Below are positions 58,215 to 64,000 of a stretch of 64,000 nucleotides of DNA, one piece after another. The stretch spans positions 66,995 to 130,994 of the forward strand of contig CAYYMH010000004.1 in assembly GCA_964472785.1 (NCBI GenBank). The letters are read 5' to 3'. The DNA comes from an uncultured Cytophagia bacterium. GTDB lineage: Bacteria; Zhuqueibacterota; Zhuqueibacteria; Thermofontimicrobiales; Thermofontimicrobiaceae. Under the pieces are notes generated by a model. That model did not search any database, was not told the origin of the DNA, and saw nothing but the letters and a program-made list of their open reading frames with translations. Numbering within the stretch: the stretch's first letter is position 1; every line of letters begins with the position of its first letter. Position numbers and translations under genes: made by a program.

Positions 58215-60632
58215 ATGACTTACCGAAGAATATTGATTGTTCTTTTATTTTCAATTTGTTATGTCAGCAGCGGAATTAGCCAATCAGAGGAACCATCCGA
58301 AAAACTGGATCAGCTTACTGTCGAAAAGATTATGCGCGATCCCCGGTGGATTGACAGCTCACCGAATGGTATTTATTGGTCTGATGATAGTAAATACATT
58401 TACTTCGACTGGAATCCGGAAAATGCCCCGGATGATTCTCTTTATCGAGTTCCAGTGAATGGCGGCGAGCCTGAAAAAGTCTCAATCGAGGATCAAAAAA
58501 ATCTTCCCTCGCGATGGGGCGATGAGAATCGATCATTCACCAAAAAAGTCTATCAGAAAAATGGTGACATTTTTTTATTGGACATCAAAAAAGGAATCAC
58601 AGAACAGCTCACCAATACGCTGGAACGTGAGTCTGATACCCGATTTTCTTTTGATGAAAAGAAAATCATTTTTGAAAAAGACGACAATCTATTTTTCTGG
58701 CATTTGGAGAAAAAACACGTCACTCAACTCACCGATTTCCGTTCCAGTTCAAAAAAAGATGACGACAAAAAACCGGATTCTAAACAGGAACAGTGGTTAA
58801 AACAGGAGCAATTGAAGCTATTTGAAGTATTAAAAGCCCGGAAAGAAAAAAGTGACATGCAGAAGGAAGCCCGAAAAAAATTTGAGCCTGAACGTCCCAA
58901 AGAAATTTACATCGGCAAACAGCGCGTCAGCAATACCCAGTTGAGCCCGGATGAACGATTTGTCACATTTAACTTGAGCCGGCGCGCCAGCGGTGTTAAA
59001 AATACGGTTGTGCCCAATTACGTGACCGAATCCGGTTTTACTGAAGATCTGCCTACCCGATCAAAAACCGGCACGCCTCAGGGCATACAAAAATTTATGA
59101 TTTACAACATCGAAAAGGATTCTGTATTTGAGGTCAAAACCGACCATCTCCCTAATATTTTCGATCAACCGGAATTTTTAGAGGTTGAAACGGACACCAT
59201 AGCACAGGAGACTGCAAAAATCCATTCTGATAAAGAAAAGCAAAAACCAAGACCGGTTTATTTTTACGGACCGCTCTGGTCAGATGACGGGAAAAAGGCG
59301 GTCATGGCGCTGCGGTCTCAGGATAATAAAGATTATTGGATCGTGCAACTATTTCCCGAAACTGCCAAACTCAAACCGCTCTATCATCATCACGATGAAG
59401 CGTGGATCGGCGGACCGGGCGTCAATTTCTGGCGGCTCGAACAAATGATGGGTTGGATGCCGGACAACCGCCGGATTTGGTTCCAGTCAGAGGAGAGCGG
59501 ATTCAATCATCTGTACACGCTCGATATTTCAGATGGTACTAAAAAGCAACTTACGCAAGGCAATTACGAAATCTACTCGCCGCACATGTCGCGGGATAAA
59601 AAGTACTGGTATTTCAGCGCCAATAGAACACATCCCGGAGAACGGCATTTTTATCGCATGAATTTGGACGGAATACAGTTAACCCAAATCACGACGCCGA
59701 CAGGTCACAATCGGATCTATTTATCGCCGGATGAAAAAACACTGGCAGTGCGCTATTCCTACACCAACAAACCTTGGGAATTATTTATCCAAAAAAACAA
59801 ACCGGGCGCGACCATGACACAGCTCACCCACTCGGTCAGTAACGAATTTCAATCCTATCCCTGGCGTGACCCGAAAATTGTCACCTTCCAAGCCAGCGAC
59901 AGCGCTGAAGTTTACGCGCGGCTTTATCAACCGAAAGATGATCAAGCCAACCAGAAAGCCGTCATTTTTGTGCACGGCGCCGGGTATTTGCAAAACGCTC
60001 ACAAATGGTGGAGCAGTTATTTTCGGGAGTACATGTTCCATAATTTATTAGCAGATCGCGGCTACACGGTTCTGGACATCGACTATCGCGGCAGCGCCGG
60101 TTACGGACGCGACTGGCGCACGGCGATTTACCGACACATGGGCGGAAAAGACCTGTCCGATCAGGTGGACGGCGCCCGGTTTCTGGTTGACAACTACGGT
60201 ATTAATCCGAACCGAATCGGAATTTACGGCGGCTCTTACGGCGGATTTATTACGCTGATGGCCATGTTCACCGAACCGGATGTTTTTGCTGCCGGCGCTG
60301 CACTGCGTCCGGTTACGGACTGGTCGCATTACAGCCACTGGTACACTTCCAACATTTTGAACGTGCCCACTGCCGACAGTTTGGCGTACGCGCGCAGCTC
60401 TCCCATTTATTTTGCCGAAGGACTGAAAGGAGCGCTGCTCATCTGCCACGGCATGATCGACCGCAACGTCCATTTTCAGGATGCGGTCAGATTGGCGCAG
60501 CGGCTGATCGAATTGGGCAAGGAAAACTGGGAACTGGCAGTCTATCCGCTGGAAGGACACAGCTTCAGAGAATCCAGCAGTTGGACCGATGAGTACAAGC
60601 GGATTTTGAAGCTGTTTGAGGAGAATTTGTAA
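58215..60632 (+). CDS. S9 family (prolyl oligopeptidase/DPP IV-like) serine peptidase
   Basis: Signal peptide; beta-propeller region; GGSYGG nucleophile; HGMIDRNV (Asp); EGHSF (His). Confidence 0.92.
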   Translation: MTYRRILIVLLFSICYVSSGISQSEEPSEKLDQLTVEKIMRDPRWIDSSPNGIYWSDDSKYIYFDWNPENAPDDSLYRVPVNGGEPEKVSIEDQKNLPSRWGDENRSFTKKVYQKNGDIFLLDIKKGITEQLTNTLERESDTRFSFDEKKIIFEKDDNLFFWHLEKKHVTQLTDFRSSSKKDDDKKPDSKQEQWLKQEQLKLFEVLKARKEKSDMQKEARKKFEPERPKEIYIGKQRVSNTQLSPDERFVTFNLSRRASGVKNTVVPNYVTESGFTEDLPTRSKTGTPQGIQKFMIYNIEKDSVFEVKTDHLPNIFDQPEFLEVETDTIAQETAKIHSDKEKQKPRPVYFYGPLWSDDGKKAVMALRSQDNKDYWIVQLFPETAKLKPLYHHHDEAWIGGPGVNFWRLEQMMGWMPDNRRIWFQSEESGFNHLYTLDISDGTKKQLTQGNYEIYSPHMSRDKKYWYFSANRTHPGERHFYRMNLDGIQLTQITTPTGHNRIYLSPDEKTLAVRYSYTNKPWELFIQKNKPGATMTQLTHSVSNEFQSYPWRDPKIVTFQASDSAEVYARLYQPKDDQANQKAVIFVHGAGYLQNAHKWWSSYFREYMFHNLLADRGYTVLDIDYRGSAGYGRDWRTAIYRHMGGKDLSDQVDGARFLVDNYGINPNRIGIYGGSYGGFITLMAMFTEPDVFAAGAALRPVTDWSHYSHWYTSNILNVPTADSLAYARSSPIYFAEGLKGALLICHGMIDRNVHFQDAVRLAQRLIELGKENWELAVYPLEGHSFRESSSWTDEYKRILKLFEENL

Positions 60633-60677
60633 GATTATCGATTGGCTTAACTCAAAGTGCTATCATTTTAGTTTGGA

Positions 60678-60831
60678 ACTATATCAAAAGTTCAATTTAC
60701 TGTCACTCCTGCGTATGTGACCGAAGGAAGTACCTGTGGTACAGGAATCCCATAATCCGATAAATTTTGTGGAGATTCCGGGACAATCCCGGAATGACAT
60801 GTTAACTCGGGATTTTTACGTTTGATACAGT
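60678..60831. mobile_element. Second MITE-like cassette with CTGTATCAAAAGT-type ends around a different REP doublet
   Basis: ACTATATCAAAAGT 60678-60691 vs ACGTTTGATACAGT 60818-60831 (12/14 inverted match); inner TGTCACTCC...GGAATCC and GGAGATTCCGGGACAATCCCGGAATGACA. Confidence 0.6.
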
Positions 60832-60885
60832 CCTAATAACCACTGCCGTCGGTTTCAAAGTTTACTAATTGAAAATAGCGACATT

Positions 60886-60955
60886 TATATTTCGTCCCTA
60901 CGGGACTCCGCTTTTTTTTGTAATTGGCTATAAATATTTACTCGCTAACGCGACT
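60886..60955. repeat. Two REP-like units (ATATTTCGTCCCTACGGGAC type)
   Basis: TATATTTCGTCCCTACGGGACT and the degenerate CTATAAATATTTACTCGCTAACGCGACT. Confidence 0.5.
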
Positions 60956-61095
60956 TTTTTTATGAGCTATTTTGATATTGTGATAAGATCTATTAGCAAC
61001 TCGAAAACTTAAGGACCAATAGGCACGATATATTTAATCCGTGAAAATCCGTGCCAATCTGTGGCTAAAAAAAAACAAAACACCCCAACTTTCCC

Positions 61096-61124
61096 TTGCA
61101 TCTTTCTTTCAGATATTGTATTAT
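61096..61124 (+). promoter_or_regulatory. Possible sigma70 promoter of the CHAT-NB-ARC-TPR gene
   Basis: TTGCAT-17 nt-TATTAT, with TG immediately before the -10. Confidence 0.45.
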
Positions 61125-61186
61125 TTGATATAAATTTTTCGAAATTCTTTTACTGTTCTGCTGAAAATAAAAAAGAGGGGCTTACC

Positions 61187-64000
61187 GTGATTACTATTCT
61201 CGACTTTCAGATAACAGCCAAATCCGAAAATAACTTTGCACTGGAAATCTTCCAACGCGACAGCAGCCAGCCGCTGGCAAAAACCAAGTTCGAGTTCCAA
61301 CTGGATTACATGACCGACTTTCAACTGAACCAGCTCGAATTTGACGGCAGAGATCCGGCAGGGCGGTTTGACCGGCTAAAGGAGTTCGGCAAAACACTGT
61401 ATCAAAAATTGTTCACCCCGGAGGTTGAAAAAATTTGGGAGGAATACAAAACCGACAGTGATTTTTTGGTGCTCTGCCTGCGCATCGATCCCGAAACATC
61501 GGGGCTGGAAAAGCTGCCCTGGGAGACGCTGAACAATGGCGAGGAATTTATTGCCGCGGGCGCGAAAACCGGCATGTCGCGGCTGCCGCTGGACATCGCG
61601 CCGCAAAAAACGCTGGACCCAATTCCCCGACCGCTCAACATGTTGGCGCTGGTCTCCAGTCCGATGGATTTAGGTGATGGTGAACGGCTGAACATGGAGC
61701 AGGAACAGGAACATCTGCTGCGGGCAGTCAACGATCCGGCTGGCGCGGGACGCATCGATTTGACCATCGAGGACGAAGCCAAACTTTCGCTGCTGGAAGC
61801 GGAACTGGAAAACGGTTACGCGATTCTGCACTACAGCGGACATGGCTTTTTTGACGAATCCGGCGGCGGACTGCTGCTGGAAAACGACCGCGGCAACAAG
61901 CGCACCACCGGTACCGCGGAAATTTTGGACTCGCTGCAAAAAGGAGAAAAATCGCTGCGTTTAGCCGTGCTCTCCGGCTGTCAGACCGCGCGCACGCTGG
62001 ACAGCGCAGGATTCGCAGATTTAGCCCGCGGACTGATCCGGCGGCGCCATTTGCCCGGTGTGATCGCCATGCAGTTTTCCCTGTCCGATACTGCCGGAAT
62101 GCTGTTTGCCCGCACCCTGTACGAAAAAATCGCTGCGGATCAATCGCTGGAAATCGCGGTGAGCAGCACCCGGCGGGAACTGCTGCGCAGCGATGAAAAT
62201 GTCGTTCGTGCCGATGCGTTTGCACCGGTGCTGCTGACCAGTTGCGGCGAATGCCTGCACACAACAGAACCGGAAACAGCCGACGCCGGCGACGATTTGG
62301 ACATCGATTTCAGTTTTTATCTGCAACTGCCGCAGCTCAAAACCCGGTTTTACGGCAGGCGCAAGGAATACCGCGCCATCCGCGACGGGCTGATCGGGAA
62401 AGATCACCGGCTGGTGATGATTCACGGCATCGGCGGTATCGGTAAAACCGCACTTGCCAGTCACGCGGCTGCCCGGCTCAAAGATCATTTCAAAGGCGTG
62501 TACGCGTTCGACTGTTCCACGGGCGCGCTGTCGCCGGAGAGTGTGCTGCTGGAGCTGCACCGCTATCTAAAACTGCGCGGCGTGAAAGCGCTGGAACAAC
62601 TGCTGCATGCTTCGCTCAAGCCGGCGCAATTGGGCACGTTTCTGGGACAGGTGCTCTGCCAACTGCCATTGCTGCTGATTTTTGATAACTTCGAGAGCCA
62701 GCTCACGGACACGACAAACGGGCACGCCATCCGCGACGATAATCTGCGCGTTTTTCTCAACACGCTGGTGAAAACCACTGAGTCCGGCACCCGCTTTATT
62801 TTCACCAGCCGCTACCTGTTCGATTTGGACGAAAAACGGATCGGTGATGTGATCACGCTGCCGCTGCACGATTTGAGTTTAGCCGAGGCACTGGGGTTGA
62901 TGCAGAAACTGCCCCACCTGTCCCATTCGTCGCACGAAAACAAACTCGCTGCCTTTGAAAAATTCGGCGGTCACCCCTACGCCCTGATCGCGCTGGACCG
63001 CCACTGCGGGGAAGCGCCGCTGGACAAAATTCTCCAAGACGCCCGGTCTGTAAAAAAAGAGCTGCGCGGCTTTCTCGCCATCGAGCTCAATTATAAAAAA
63101 TTGAGCGACCGCAGCCGGGAACTGCTCAATAAATTGGCTGCATTCAAAAAACCAGTGGAACTGGCGGCAGCGGAATGGGTGATGGGTGAGAAGGTAAAAC
63201 TGGGTAAGGATTTTTTGGACAAATTAAACAGAGACGAAATGCCCGATGAATTGAAAAAAATGTCTGATGAAGAATTATTAAAAACATTTGAAGAATACCT
63301 TCCGGAGCAGCGCCGCGCCGAAGACATGAGCCAGCCCATCCGCGAACTGATCAACTGGGGCGTGCTCACGCCGATCTTTGATGACGGAAAAATGCAGGCG
63401 TTGGCAGTGCACAGCCTGGTGCGCGATTTCTGCCGGGATTCGCTCACTCATAAAGTTTGGAAACAGCACCTGATCGATGCGGCAGCTTATTTCACCAATC
63501 AGACCAAACTGGTGAGTCATGACGAAAAATCACCGGCAGCCGTGTTCACTGAAATGGAGGCTTTTGATCTGCTGGTTGAAGCGGAGGAATTTGAGGAGGC
63601 AGCAAATTTGTTAGTAGATGCTCACGAATTAATCAGCCGCTGGGGATTTGACCGCTATCTGGAAAGCCGGTATTTGCTGTTGTTTAAAAAAGTGGATCGA
63701 AAAACTGAACCAGCTTTAATCCATAATCATGCTATGTTATTGGGCCATCGCGGCGATTTCGGGGCGGCGCTGGAAGGGTACCAAAAATCACTGAAAATTG
63801 AAGAGGAACTTGGCAACAAAGCCGGCGTGGCACAATCGCTCCATCAAATCGGCTATATCCATTACCAGCGCGGCGATTACCCGGCGGCGCTGGAAGGGTA
63901 CCAAAAATCACTGAAAATTTTTCAGGATATTGGAGATAAAGCCAGCATTTCAGCCGCGCTCCATCAAATCGGCATGATCCATCAACACCGCGGCGATTAC
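61187..64000 (+). CDS. CHAT (caspase-like) protease - NB-ARC/STAND NTPase - TPR protein, partial (runs off the window end)
   Basis: Manual translation from GTG 61187 (GAGGGG Shine-Dalgarno) is open to the window end. It shows LPWETL, HYSGHG (His, 61841) and LSGCQTA (Cys, 61979), then GIGGIGKT, LLIFDNFE, FIFTSR, GGHPYAL and VHSLVRD, then 40-aa TPRs (AALEGYQKSLKI...LHQIG). Confidence 0.9.
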   Translation, partial: MITILDFQITAKSENNFALEIFQRDSSQPLAKTKFEFQLDYMTDFQLNQLEFDGRDPAGRFDRLKEFGKTLYQKLFTPEVEKIWEEYKTDSDFLVLCLRIDPETSGLEKLPWETLNNGEEFIAAGAKTGMSRLPLDIAPQKTLDPIPRPLNMLALVSSPMDLGDGERLNMEQEQEHLLRAVNDPAGAGRIDLTIEDEAKLSLLEAELENGYAILHYSGHGFFDESGGGLLLENDRGNKRTTGTAEILDSLQKGEKSLRLAVLSGCQTARTLDSAGFADLARGLIRRRHLPGVIAMQFSLSDTAGMLFARTLYEKIAADQSLEIAVSSTRRELLRSDENVVRADAFAPVLLTSCGECLHTTEPETADAGDDLDIDFSFYLQLPQLKTRFYGRRKEYRAIRDGLIGKDHRLVMIHGIGGIGKTALASHAAARLKDHFKGVYAFDCSTGALSPESVLLELHRYLKLRGVKALEQLLHASLKPAQLGTFLGQVLCQLPLLLIFDNFESQLTDTTNGHAIRDDNLRVFLNTLVKTTESGTRFIFTSRYLFDLDEKRIGDVITLPLHDLSLAEALGLMQKLPHLSHSSHENKLAAFEKFGGHPYALIALDRHCGEAPLDKILQDARSVKKELRGFLAIELNYKKLSDRSRELLNKLAAFKKPVELAAAEWVMGEKVKLGKDFLDKLNRDEMPDELKKMSDEELLKTFEEYLPEQRRAEDMSQPIRELINWGVLTPIFDDGKMQALAVHSLVRDFCRDSLTHKVWKQHLIDAAAYFTNQTKLVSHDEKSPAAVFTEMEAFDLLVEAEEFEEAANLLVDAHELISRWGFDRYLESRYLLLFKKVDRKTEPALIHNHAMLLGHRGDFGAALEGYQKSLKIEEELGNKAGVAQSLHQIGYIHYQRGDYPAALEGYQKSLKIFQDIGDKASISAALHQIGMIHQHRGDY
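63763..63919 (+). repeat. 120-bp-period TPR-encoding nucleotide repeats
   Basis: 37 identical nt (GGCGGCGCTGGAAGGGTACCAAAAATCACTGAAAATT) at 63763 and 63883; CTCCATCAAATCGGC and CGCGGCGATT also recur at 120-nt spacing. Confidence 0.9.

Noticed and set aside
596-60560. Numerous short opposite-strand or overlapping track ORFs (e.g. 596-1063, 17170-17604, 23623-24114, 45634-46014, 60048-60560)
   Set aside because: They are shadows of well-supported genes on the other strand or frame, with no recognisable motifs or RBS.
61121-63520. Track ORFs in the last 3 kb (e.g. 61728-62264 +, 62021-62560 -, 63091-63447 -)
   Set aside because: All are shadows of the single long plus-strand CHAT-NB-ARC-TPR frame, which has no stop inside the window.
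1-64000. tRNA, rRNA or riboswitch genes, including tRNA-Sec
   Set aside because: No cloverleaf/T-loop signature or recognisable riboswitch consensus was found by eye; a covariance-model search (tRNAscan-SE, Infernal/Rfam) would be decisive.

Overview
Bacterial chromosomal window, AT-rich, probably from an FCB-superphylum lineage such as KSB1 or Calditrichota (inferred from a YPNPFN/FlgD-type C-terminal sorting domain and a short Bacteroidota-type AMP nucleosidase). Every credible gene from 1 to about 41,955 is on the minus strand and forms a redox, oxygen-defence and energy block. In transcription order it holds nfu-sdhAB-iscS-iscU-dsrE-tusA-yyaL-fur/perR-cydAB-rbr-dsrE-nqrBCDEF (no nqrA), then dfx, zupT, a pentaheme cytochrome with a heme-motif porin, a Tat-exported SOD and cytochrome/DUF5777 genes. 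After these come a TIGR04283/TIGR04282 glycosyltransferase cluster with a UGA-containing DUF3179 selenoprotein, and pentose-phosphate plus GH15 genes ending in a partial tkt. From 42.2 kb the genes are mostly on the plus strand: spoIID-like, uvrA, rsbW-like, mutM (minus), a stand-alone murE, a PPIase, a PHP protein, amn, and M28 and S9 peptidases. The window ends inside a GC-richer CHAT-protease/NB-ARC/TPR (NLR-like) gene that the ORF track misses. Highlights: (1) an NqrA-less Nqr/Rnf hybrid and an anchor-less SdhAB in the same co-oriented run, possibly a new ion-pumping NADH:fumarate complex (hypothesis); (2) an in-frame UGA with a SECIS-like hairpin; (3) a cytochrome-beta-barrel fusion split at an A10/A_AAA_AAG slippery site; (4) an IscS lacking the PLP lysine; (5) nested inverted-repeat/REP cassettes. 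No rRNA, tRNA, CRISPR array or transposase was seen.
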